From NCBI GenBank assembly GCA_963765495.1, contig CAVXWP010000009.1, forward strand, positions 256,001-320,000: DNA of 64,000 nucleotides. Direction: 5' to 3'. Position numbers and translations under genes: made by a program. The DNA is from Blastocatellia bacterium. GTDB taxonomy: Bacteria > Acidobacteriota > Blastocatellia > UBA7656. The notes beneath the pieces are model-generated. The model did not search any database. It worked only from the letters and a program-made list of their open reading frames with translations, and was not told the DNA's origin. Shown piece by piece: positions 1 to 8,364 of this stretch (position 1 is the stretch's first letter; every line of letters begins with the position of its first letter).

Positions 1-164
1 ATGAGCATTCACTCTTTTACGACGAATCAACAGGTAGGCTATTACCAGCAGGATTCCGCTCGTCGCATTCAAAATCGCGTTGAGCGTAGGCAGCATATTG
101 ATAGACATATATAGGCCAGGACAATTTTTCGCCGACGGAGCCCCAGACACGGCATTGACTCGGG

Positions 165-449
165 CTACCGCGCCGGGACCTTGGTATCTTTGTTTGCAGG
201 CTCTTCGGTGGCCTTGTCGCTCTTCTTAAAAGGATTGCGGAGCCAGCCTTTCTGGTAAACCCACATGACGGGGCTTATGATAAACAACAGGGCAAGCAGC
301 AGCGCCACGAGCAAAAGAAACAGATCGTCAACCCCGGCCTTAAACGTATCGCCTATCGCGGCCCAGCCGGCGGCAAACAGACAGACCAAGGCCAGAACCA
401 GTAGCACCAGATTCAAAAGGATTATCTCTTTTTCATTCGACTCACGCAT
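165..449 (-). CDS. Small two-TM membrane protein, last gene of the respiratory cluster
   Basis: ORF 165..503. ATG at 449 (MRESNEKE) follows a GAGGA RBS-like motif. Two hydrophobic helices and a charged tail. Confidence 0.6.
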   Translation of the reverse strand: MRESNEKEIILLNLVLLVLALVCLFAAGWAAIGDTFKAGVDDLFLLLVALLLALLFIISPVMWVYQKGWLRNPFKKSDKATEEPANKDTKVPAR

Positions 450-499
450 CAAGCGGTCCTCACTTAATAGTGACGAAAGGCCGGTACACAGATCTTTCG

Positions 500-766
500 T
501 CACTCATCATTTATCACTCTAAACTGTTTGCCCTGCATGTTGCGATACTTGTAGAAGAGTCCGAACAACCCCGAGAAGAGCACCACGGGAGGTATAAGCA
601 AGACCGTCACCGCGATATTCAGACCGCGTGTGACGGTCGCCGCATCGGCCGAAGCGGCTATGGATTGGCTGCACATTGCGCACTGGGCAAACGCCTCTTG
701 CGAGAAGACCAGCGTCACAACCGCCCAGAAGACTGTGCCGACAAAGACGTAACGGATGCTTTTCAC
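500..766 (-). CDS. Small membrane protein with signal-like N-terminus and AQCAMC (CxxC) motif, oxidase-associated
   Basis: AFAQCAMCSQS followed by a C-terminal TM helix. GGAG RBS upstream. Co-oriented directly after oxidase subunit IV. Confidence 0.7.
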   Translation of the reverse strand: MKSIRYVFVGTVFWAVVTLVFSQEAFAQCAMCSQSIAASADAATVTRGLNIAVTVLLIPPVVLFSGLFGLFYKYRNMQGKQFRVINDE

Positions 767-797
767 GACTTTTACTCCTCAGATGCCCGACAACTCT

Positions 798-1103
798 TCA
801 CCTCAAGTGTAACAGGCGGAGACTATCGGGGAACAGAACGGCAAACAGACAATACAAAATTATCACCGTAGGCACGATGGTCAGCATAAGGCTCAGTCGC
901 TCAAACTTCAGGTGCATAAAATATGCCACGATGAGCGCCGCCTTTATGAAAGACAACCCCATCAGCACGATCAGCATGATGTGCAGAGGGATGTGAATAT
1001 AGGCCAGAAAGACCTCGACGGCGGTCAAGGCCAGCAGCCAGGCCCAGATAAAGATATTCTGCCGGTTGCTGCCTTCGTGCGCGTGTTCGCTATGATCGGC
1101 CAT
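798..1103 (-). CDS. ctaF: Cytochrome c oxidase subunit IV (prokaryotic COX4 family)
   Basis: 101 aa, three TM helices, KAALIVAYFMHLKFE motif, AGGAG RBS. Confidence 0.85.
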   Translation of the reverse strand: MADHSEHAHEGSNRQNIFIWAWLLALTAVEVFLAYIHIPLHIMLIVLMGLSFIKAALIVAYFMHLKFERLSLMLTIVPTVIILYCLFAVLFPDSLRLLHLR

Positions 1104-1113
1104 CTCTCCTCCT

Positions 1114-1773
1114 TTATCCGTGCGGCGTAAAGTCTACCGACAGCAAATAGATCAACGGGAAGACAAACATCCACACAAGGTCTACGAAGTGCCAGTACAA
1201 CCCGCTCACTTCAACATCTTCATCATTGAACTTGTTGATCCGCAGGGCGATCACGCCCAGATAGCAGAGTCCAGTGAAGACGTGAAACATGTGAAGGCCC
1301 GTTATGCCAAAAAACGCCGAGCCGAAAAGCGACGATGCCTGCGGCCAGCGCGTGAGCCATTCTTCGGGCAAACTGACCGGGGTCAGCCCCTCCGAAATCA
1401 GGTGGTTCCACTCCATCATGTGCAGGACTATAAAGGAAGCCCCAAAAAACATCGTGGCAAATATCCATTTGCGAGCGCTGCTCTTGTCTCCGCGTTTCGA
1501 GGCCGACACGGCAAAGACCATCGTCAGGCTGCTCGATAACAGCACCAGCGTCATCACGGTTGAAAAGATTATGCTGGGGTTGAACGGAAACGGCGTAGGC
1601 CACGATTCGCTCGCCACACGAACGTAGCTATAGGTGATGAGCATTGCCGCAAACGTAAGCGAGTCGGACATGATGAAAAGCCACATGCCGAGTTTGCGGT
1701 GGCCTACACGATAAGGGAATGCGCCTCCGCTCCAATCCGACGCCGGCAAAGTATCTACTTTCGCGTCCGCCAT
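1114..1773 (-). CDS. ctaE: Cytochrome c oxidase subunit III, second paralog
   Basis: KLGMWLFIMSD, FFGITGLHMFHV and YWHFVDLVW motifs. GGAGG RBS. Confidence 0.9.
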   Translation of the reverse strand: MADAKVDTLPASDWSGGAFPYRVGHRKLGMWLFIMSDSLTFAAMLITYSYVRVASESWPTPFPFNPSIIFSTVMTLVLLSSSLTMVFAVSASKRGDKSSARKWIFATMFFGASFIVLHMMEWNHLISEGLTPVSLPEEWLTRWPQASSLFGSAFFGITGLHMFHVFTGLCYLGVIALRINKFNDEDVEVSGLYWHFVDLVWMFVFPLIYLLSVDFTPHG

Positions 1774-1827
1774 CTATTCACCTCCAAAAGAATTGGTCCA
1801 AAAGACAGGCGCTCTGGCCTGCCCCTA

Positions 1828-2532
1828 TCAGCTCACGAAAAAAAGAAGCACTAAAAGGTACACCCACAACCCATCCATGAAATGCCAGTAGAGCGCAGTT
1901 ATATTGACCGCTATGCGCTTCTTGACGCTTATCCTGAAACGCAACGCGGCAACCGTGATATAGAACAGCGCGATAACGCCGCCCAGCAGATGCACCCCAT
2001 GCAGACAGGTCAGCAAATAAAAGAACGAACTGTGCGGATTGCTGTTGATATAGATCCCCTGCGCCGCCAGTTGCCGCCACGCCATAATCTGCCCGATGAG
2101 AAAGACTACCCCAAGCACGGTTGTAGTCGTGATCCACCTGTTGAAGCGATTATAGTCGTTGCGCCTGAGCGAGCGGCGAGCGGCTTCTATGCTGAAGCTG
2201 CTCACAAGCAGCAGAGCCGTATTCACCCACAGAATCGGAGGCATCCGCAGATCGGTCCACCAGGTTTGCGCGTCATCGCTCAAACCTATTGTGCGGCGCA
2301 GGATCAATGCGCTTGTGAGCGAAACAAACAGCATCATTATTCCGGCCAGACCTACCCACATGCCTATGCGGTATTTGTGCGGCTCTATGGCGTCTTCGCG
2401 TGAGAAGCCGGGCGGCCATTCCTTCGATCCGTTTGGCCCTTCGGGGCCACGCGGATCACCCGGCCCCGGCCCTCCGCTCCCAGACTGTTTGCCCGGCAAA
2501 ACCTTGACATCAGATGTTACTGTTACTCCCAT
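1828..2532 (-). CDS. ctaE: Cytochrome c oxidase subunit III, first paralog
   Basis: FFYLLTCLHGVH and YWHFMDGLW motifs. Start set at ATG 2532 because the longer ORF only reads through a heptamer repeat. Confidence 0.88.
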   Translation of the reverse strand: MGVTVTSDVKVLPGKQSGSGGPGPGDPRGPEGPNGSKEWPPGFSREDAIEPHKYRIGMWVGLAGIMMLFVSLTSALILRRTIGLSDDAQTWWTDLRMPPILWVNTALLLVSSFSIEAARRSLRRNDYNRFNRWITTTTVLGVVFLIGQIMAWRQLAAQGIYINSNPHSSFFYLLTCLHGVHLLGGVIALFYITVAALRFRISVKKRIAVNITALYWHFMDGLWVYLLVLLFFVS

Positions 2533-2538
2533 AATTCT

Positions 2539-2630
2539 ATTTTGGATTTTGGATTTTAGATTTTGGATTGCTGCTGATAATACTTGTACGCGATTCAAGT
2601 TCTAAAATCCAAAATCGGAAATCTAAAATC
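2539..2630. repeat. Hairpin of inverted (ATTTTGG)n/(CCAAAAT)n heptamer arrays
   Basis: attttggattttggattttagattttggattg ... aaaatccaaaatcggaaatctaaaatc, between ctaD and ctaE. Confidence 0.85.
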
Positions 2631-2633
2631 GGA

Positions 2634-4442
2634 TCAGTCTCCTTTTGATTCCGCCGTATCCACAATATCTGGGTCTGTCTGCATCACGTAATCCTTCGAA
2701 GCGTCGGGCACGCTGAATTCATACGGCCCTCGGTGGACCACAGGCTCGTGCCCGGCGAAATTGTCGTGCGGCGGCGGCGACGGAATGGTCCATTCGAGTG
2801 AAGTCGCTTCCCAGGGGTTTTCAGCAGCCTTGCGCCCCTTTGCCAGACTCCAGAACAGATTGAATATAAAGATCAACTGAGCGCCTACGGTCAAAAATAC
2901 TATGACAGAAATGAACTTGCTGAGCGGCATTATGCCCGCCAGATATTCGAGATTGCTGTGCGTGGCATAACGGCGGGGCGCTCCGGCCATTCCCATCACG
3001 TGGAACGGGATGAAGATGAGGTTGACGCCGATAAAGGTGAGCCAGAAATGGAGCTTTCCGAGCGTGTCGTTCATCATCCGGCCAAACATCTTCGGGAACC
3101 AGAAATAGGTGCCCATGAATATTCCGAAGATCGCCGCAACACCCATAATCAGGTGGAAGTGGCCTACTACGAAATAGGTGTCGTGCAACGGCAAATCAAT
3201 CGAGGTCTGCCCGAGGAAAAGCCCCGTGATTCCGCCCGACACAAAGAGCGACACGAAACCTATGGCAAACATCATCGGCGTTGTGAACCTGATCTGCCCG
3301 CCCCAGAGGGTGCCTATCCAGTTAAAGGTCTTGATTGCCGAAGGCACGCCGATGGTGAGCGTTATGACTGAAAAAGCTATGGCCGAGTAAGGGCTCATCC
3401 CGCTGATGAACATGTGATGGCCCCACACGAAAAAGCCCAGCAGCCCGATGGCGAATATGGCATAGACCATCGCGCGATAACCGAATACGGGTTTGCGCGA
3501 AAAGGTCGAGAGCACGTGCGATGCCAGCCCCATCCCCGGCAGTATCGCTATGTAGACTTCCGGGTGGCCAAAGAACCAGAAGAGGTGTTGCCAGAGTATG
3601 GGCGACCCGCCTTTGTGCTCCGTCAATAACTGGCCGCTCACATATTCGTTGCCCGGTATAAAGAAGCTTGTGCCCGCCAGATGATCGAGCAGCAGCAGTA
3701 TGCCCGCAGCCAAGAGGACCGGGAACGAAAGCAGCGCGAGAACGGCGGTCGTAAACCACGCCCAGCAGGTCAGCGGCAGCCTCATAAGCGACATGCCGCG
3801 AGTGCGCAGGTTCAACATCGTGGTGATGAAATTGAGCGCGCCCAAAAGCGACGCGATACAGAAGAGCGCTATGCTTGTGATCCAGAGGATTACGCCCATC
3901 CCCTGCCCCGGCCCGGCCCTCTCGCCGAGCGCGCTCAGGGGCGCGTATCCGGTCCAGCCTCCTATCGGACCCAGGACGTTTGCCGTTGCATACATCGCCC
4001 CGATCATCACGACCAGCGCCACAAAGGTCACCCAGAACGACAGCATGTTAAGGACGGGGAAGGCCATATCGGCCGCGCCGATTTGAATCGGAAGAAAGTA
4101 ATTACCAAACCCTCCCTGCGGCGCGGTCGTCAAAACGAAAAAGACCATTATCGTGCCGTGCATGGTAACAAGCGACAGGTAGAGTTCCGGCGTAATCGTT
4201 CCGCCTTCGGCGGCAACCGGAAAGATCGTCTTTAGAAATCCCCATTCCTGACCGGGCCAGCCGAGTTGCAGCCGCATCAGCACCGAAAGCAGCATCCCTA
4301 AAACGACGGAGAATAGCGCCAGGAAGTAGTACTGAATGCCAATAACCTTGTGGTCTACACTGAAAATGTATTTTCTGATAAACCCTGTAGGCGGCTCGTG
4401 GCGGTGAACCTCGCCATGAGCAGGATGAGCCACATCTGCCAT
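2634..4442 (-). CDS. ctaD: Cytochrome c oxidase subunit I, heme-copper oxidase type A1
   Basis: DHKVIG, TMHGTIM, WFFGHPEVY (A1 signature), VWGHHMF, HDTYFVVGHFH. K-channel Lys in PSAIK. Confidence 0.97.
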   Translation of the reverse strand: MADVAHPAHGEVHRHEPPTGFIRKYIFSVDHKVIGIQYYFLALFSVVLGMLLSVLMRLQLGWPGQEWGFLKTIFPVAAEGGTITPELYLSLVTMHGTIMVFFVLTTAPQGGFGNYFLPIQIGAADMAFPVLNMLSFWVTFVALVVMIGAMYATANVLGPIGGWTGYAPLSALGERAGPGQGMGVILWITSIALFCIASLLGALNFITTMLNLRTRGMSLMRLPLTCWAWFTTAVLALLSFPVLLAAGILLLLDHLAGTSFFIPGNEYVSGQLLTEHKGGSPILWQHLFWFFGHPEVYIAILPGMGLASHVLSTFSRKPVFGYRAMVYAIFAIGLLGFFVWGHHMFISGMSPYSAIAFSVITLTIGVPSAIKTFNWIGTLWGGQIRFTTPMMFAIGFVSLFVSGGITGLFLGQTSIDLPLHDTYFVVGHFHLIMGVAAIFGIFMGTYFWFPKMFGRMMNDTLGKLHFWLTFIGVNLIFIPFHVMGMAGAPRRYATHSNLEYLAGIMPLSKFISVIVFLTVGAQLIFIFNLFWSLAKGRKAAENPWEATSLEWTIPSPPPHDNFAGHEPVVHRGPYEFSVPDASKDYVMQTDPDIVDTAESKGD

Positions 4443-4460
4443 CTGAAACCTCCTATCTCA

Positions 4461-5291
4461 TTATTGGTACTGTTGCAGTAATTCTCCCATTCGCGTGGTG
4501 AATGCCTCTCCCGGCATGGCCGAAAGCGCGTTGAATTCGTCATCGGGAAGAACGAGCATATAACTCTTCATGTTGTAATGCAGGTTTCCGCATAACTCTG
4601 CGCAGGCGATCTCGTACTTGCCGACTTTATTCGCCGTAAAATGAATGCGGATATTCATACCCGGAACGGCATCCTGTTTTATGCGAAGCGCCGGGACAAA
4701 GAAACTGTGTATAACGTCCTTCGAACGCAGAGTCAATTCCACCGGATGGTTGACGGGAACGGCGAGGGTCGCCACCTGCTGGTCATCGGTAGATGCAGGG
4801 TCTGAGGGGTCTAGGCCGATGAATTCAAGCGCCCCGTCATTTATAAGCTTGGCGTTTGTCTTGCCAAGAGTCTTATCCGCACCGCCGTAGTGAAAATTCC
4901 ATTGAAACTGCTGGGCGACCACTTCCACTTTTACCGCATCGGCGGGCGCCTGGTTCAGATGAAGTTGCGCCCAGACTCTCTGACCCAGAATCGCGATGGA
5001 AATAAAGATGGCCGCTGTGATAATGGTCCAGGTGGCTTCGAGTTTGTTGCTGCCGTGAGAGTAAACAGCCCGCTCGTTGCCTCGCCTACCATATCGGAAG
5101 ACGACGTAACCGAGCGCCACCTGCGCGGCTACGAAAGCTATCGCCACCACTATGAGCGTGCGAATGAACTGCGCGTCTATCATAGGGCCATACTCAGATA
5201 TGGTCTCCGGGAACCACCACCATCGCCCCGCAAACAGTACCACGCTCCCGATTGCGATCAACCACAGCAGTACGCCTATAGCTTTGCCCAT
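4461..5291 (-). CDS. ctaC: Cytochrome c oxidase subunit II (CuA), no fused cytochrome c
   Basis: SKDVIHSF and CAELCGNLHYNM CuA ligands. No CxxCH motif. Confidence 0.95.
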   Translation of the reverse strand: MGKAIGVLLWLIAIGSVVLFAGRWWWFPETISEYGPMIDAQFIRTLIVVAIAFVAAQVALGYVVFRYGRRGNERAVYSHGSNKLEATWTIITAAIFISIAILGQRVWAQLHLNQAPADAVKVEVVAQQFQWNFHYGGADKTLGKTNAKLINDGALEFIGLDPSDPASTDDQQVATLAVPVNHPVELTLRSKDVIHSFFVPALRIKQDAVPGMNIRIHFTANKVGKYEIACAELCGNLHYNMKSYMLVLPDDEFNALSAMPGEAFTTRMGELLQQYQ

Positions 5292-5304
5292 ATTCCTCCG
5301 CTTC

Positions 5305-5438
5305 GTGAGGGATGAGGGATGAGGGATGAGGGATGAAAAAGAATCTAATTATACAGTCCGATGAACAGGTTTGACTTATTACCGGATTGTTTCCTGAGAG
5401 TCCGTTTCATCCCTCATCCCTCATCCCTCATCCCTCAC
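5305..5438. repeat. Perfect 34-bp inverted repeat of (GAGGGAT)n heptamers
   Basis: gtgagggatgagggatgagggatgagggatgaaa and its exact reverse complement ending at 5438. Includes the ctaB stop codon. Confidence 0.92.
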
Positions 5439-6388
5439 TTGTTGAGTACCATCAATGCGAACAGCATCGGCAGATACAAGACCGAGGCTTGCAGGAGCCT
5501 TCGCGCCTGCCACTTCGATCTCACTATCGCCATGCGAGCGCTGAAATAGAGAAAGGCCAAACCAAGCACAATCGCGCCTATTAAATAGACCGTCCCCGCA
5601 AGGTGTACCATAACCGGCAACAGACTGACGGGCAAAAGCATGACCGTGTAGGTGATGATCTGCTGGCACGTGACGCGCCCTTCGGGTTCGACCACTGGAA
5701 GCATCTTTATCCCGGCGCGAGCATAATCATCGCGATACATCCAGGCGATAGCCAGAAAGTGCGGAAACTGCCACAGAAACAGGATCATAAACAGTATCCA
5801 CGCCTCTACGCTGAGCGCGCCCGTGGCAGCCACCCACCCGATCAGCGGCGGCATCGCTCCCGGAAACGCGCCAAGAACCGTTGAAAGCGTGGTTCGGGTC
5901 TTGAGCGGCGTGTACAAAAACAGATAGCTCGCAAATGTCACCACGCCCAGAAAAGCCGTCAGCAAATTTATAAAGACCGCAAGGTAAACCGTAGCGACTG
6001 CCGAAAGTGTTATGCCGAAGGCGAGCGCCTCAACGGGTCGCAGCCTTCCTGAGGGCAAAGGCCGGGATTCGGTCCTCCGCATCAGTTTATCAAGACCGCG
6101 TTCCAGATATTGATTGAGCGTAGCTATGCCGGAAGACAACAGCGCGATGCCTACGGTCATATTCAACAGCCCGCCGTAATCAATCCCCTTCGACGAAGCG
6201 AGGCAGAAACCTGCCGCCGCCGTAAGCACTACCAGAAATGTTATTCGCGGTTTCGTCAGGTCCACATAAGCCGCAATCCGCGCGGCAAAAGTTTGCTGCC
6301 CGCTCTTATCAATATCGAGATTCTCAACATCGAGATTCTCAATATCGAGCGCTTCATCCGTCATCACAGGTCTTGCAATTGATTCCAT
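5435..6388 (-). CDS. ctaB: Protoheme IX farnesyltransferase (heme O synthase)
   Basis: LTKPRI, DKLMRRTESRPLPSG, YTPLK, WQFPHF. Start chosen at ATG 6388 to avoid overlap with ctaA. Confidence 0.95.
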   Translation of the reverse strand: MESIARPVMTDEALDIENLDVENLDIDKSGQQTFAARIAAYVDLTKPRITFLVVLTAAAGFCLASSKGIDYGGLLNMTVGIALLSSGIATLNQYLERGLDKLMRRTESRPLPSGRLRPVEALAFGITLSAVATVYLAVFINLLTAFLGVVTFASYLFLYTPLKTRTTLSTVLGAFPGAMPPLIGWVAATGALSVEAWILFMILFLWQFPHFLAIAWMYRDDYARAGIKMLPVVEPEGRVTCQQIITYTVMLLPVSLLPVMVHLAGTVYLIGAIVLGLAFLYFSARMAIVRSKWQARRLLQASVLYLPMLFALMVLNK

Positions 6389-6392
6389 AAGG

Positions 6393-7370
6393 TTAAGCGG
6401 TCGCCCTCCTCGGCGTTGAAGCCAGTTCTGCCGCAGGGTCGGCAACCTTCTTTTCGTTTTCACTTCGGGGCGCAAGCACTCGATAACACCTCAAAGTCAG
6501 GACCATCACTGTGGCAAGCAGGAGCGCCCCGACCGCAAGATGCGCCACGGTCAAAGAGATCATAGGCTCAAGCGGCAGCGGGTCGCTGCCTGATGCCAGC
6601 CGGGCCAGATAAGCGCCTATTCCGAGCCCGAGTTGAACGACGAGCAGGGCAAGCGCCACGAGCGCCGGGCGACGAAGATAGCGGTCTTTTGCGTGGCGAA
6701 CGAGTACCGTCACAGCGGTTGCTACCAGCAGGATCGTGACAACGAACGCGCCTGAGATATGAGGTATGATGCCGAATGCACGATGTCGAAATCCCGCGCC
6801 GAGCACTAGCTGAACAAGCACGACCGCGATGGTCAAAGGAGCAAGCAGGCGAATCAGGGAATTAGCGGAATCTGCGGTTTGCTCTTGCCGCATCCACCAC
6901 CCGCGAGATGTAAAGACCGCAAGGCTCACAAGCAATGCGAAAAAGCTCTGCGCTATGAGCGCGTGCGGAATCGCGATTGCCGCTTTGTAGGCCGGGAATA
7001 AGACTCTCATTCCGCCGAGCGCGGCCTGCGCGACCACGCCCGCGAATGCCGCGAGAGCCAGCCACTTCACCCACGAGCGCTTCTCTTTTATCCAGGCCCA
7101 GAGGGCGAGCGCAAATGTCGCAAACCCTACCGCGCCTGCGATGACGCGATGCGAGTATTCGTATCGAACGTTTGCTACGAAATTATTTGAGCCGATTATC
7201 CAGCGCCCGAAAGAGAGCGGCCAGTCGGGCACCGAATCGCCCGCCTCGTTGCTTGTGACCAGTCCCCCGGCTACAAGCAACACAAGCGTCAAACAGGCTA
7301 CTATTATTGCGAACCGGTGGAGACCCGTGCTCGGCCCCCATCCGGTTTGATTACCCTTTTGCTCAGTCAA
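6393..7370 (-). CDS. ctaA: Heme A synthase (COX15/CtaA family)
   Basis: GGLVTSNEAGDSVPDWP, EYSHR, Q..LGG.RV, and further conserved His residues. TTG start. Confidence 0.9.
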   Translation of the reverse strand: MTEQKGNQTGWGPSTGLHRFAIIVACLTLVLLVAGGLVTSNEAGDSVPDWPLSFGRWIIGSNNFVANVRYEYSHRVIAGAVGFATFALALWAWIKEKRSWVKWLALAAFAGVVAQAALGGMRVLFPAYKAAIAIPHALIAQSFFALLVSLAVFTSRGWWMRQEQTADSANSLIRLLAPLTIAVVLVQLVLGAGFRHRAFGIIPHISGAFVVTILLVATAVTVLVRHAKDRYLRRPALVALALLVVQLGLGIGAYLARLASGSDPLPLEPMISLTVAHLAVGALLLATVMVLTLRCYRVLAPRSENEKKVADPAAELASTPRRATA

Positions 7371-7397
7371 ACTGATTCCCTCTTGAAGTCTATTGAT

Positions 7398-8225
7398 TTA
7401 GGGCAAAACGAGCGCAGGTTCGACCGTAAGCGATGTAGGCGCGTACGCCTTGGTTGCGCTGAAGCTAAAATCCTGGGTCTTCTTATCATTTGCGCCAACG
7501 GTTACTTTTTGCGTCTGCTCGCCGTACTGCTCGTGCCACGCCACCACGGTGTAATCACCCGGCGGCAGCCCCTTGATCGTGTAAGAGCCGTCCTTGCCGC
7601 TCACGGCAAAAAACGGATGCGGCAATACGCCTATGTAAGCCTGCATCCACGGATGCTGGTTGCATTTAACCGGGATAAGCGTCTCCATTTTGTTGAATTT
7701 CTTCTCTTTGGGTGGTGCGCCCGCAGCCTGCACCTCGTTCCATTCCGGGTTGTTGTGAGGTGTGGGATGGATGTTGTGCGTGGTCTGATCGTTGTTGAGT
7801 ATCTTCAGCGGCTGTCCCGTCTGAACGCCTAAAACGTGCGGATGATAACGGCACGCCTGCTGATCCAGTTCCACATCTTCGGTGGGCGTTTTGTAGCTGT
7901 ATTCATCAGCCGGCCCGCCTTTGACATATACAAAAACATTGGCGAGTTTGCCGTCTGTGACGACCACGTTTTCCGTAGTCTTATCGCCCTGAGCCGAAGC
8001 GCAGAAAGCATCGGCCCCCATCGGGATGGTCTTTGGCGCGGGCGCGTCGCCCTCAAATTTGATCGTGCCTGAGATAGTCCCTTCACTGCCCGTAGCAGCA
8101 TACTCTTTCTTGCCCGATGTTGAACCGCCTCCGCCTTCTGAGGATTCTTCTTTCTTGCCGCAACCGACCAGCAAGAACGACGCAAATACGATCATTAAAC
8201 TGATTGCACCTAGCTTCTTTAACAT
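7398..8225 (-). CDS. Lipoprotein with cupredoxin-like domain and carboxypeptidase-regulatory-like beta sandwich
   Basis: Lipobox LLVGC, HNIH and KCNQHPWM (type-1 copper-like H/C/H/M set), DGSYTIKGLPPGDYTV. Confidence 0.75.
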   Translation of the reverse strand: MLKKLGAISLMIVFASFLLVGCGKKEESSEGGGGSTSGKKEYAATGSEGTISGTIKFEGDAPAPKTIPMGADAFCASAQGDKTTENVVVTDGKLANVFVYVKGGPADEYSYKTPTEDVELDQQACRYHPHVLGVQTGQPLKILNNDQTTHNIHPTPHNNPEWNEVQAAGAPPKEKKFNKMETLIPVKCNQHPWMQAYIGVLPHPFFAVSGKDGSYTIKGLPPGDYTVVAWHEQYGEQTQKVTVGANDKKTQDFSFSATKAYAPTSLTVEPALVLP

Positions 8226-8364
8226 TGATTTTCTCCTGACATTATTCAGCCGATTATCCTCGGAACCGAATAACGAAACTGATTATTTTGACATTACGCG
8301 TCCTGACTCCCTCCATCTTGTCGAGATCGGCGAAGTCATTTAATAAAGACTTTCCCCCTAAACT

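Noticed and set aside
1-164. Possible gene start at the left edge
   Set aside because: Too little sequence to support a call.
2533-2598. N-terminal extension IQNLKSKIQN of subunit III
   Set aside because: It is a translation of the heptamer hairpin. The real start is more plausibly ATG 2532.
5361-5669. Short ORFs containing FIPHPSSLIPH, and similar ITHHASR or VGAGLVPA ORFs at 18788, 20803, 53806, 59280 and 61027
   Set aside because: They are chance translations of repeat elements that overlap real genes and lack RBS support.
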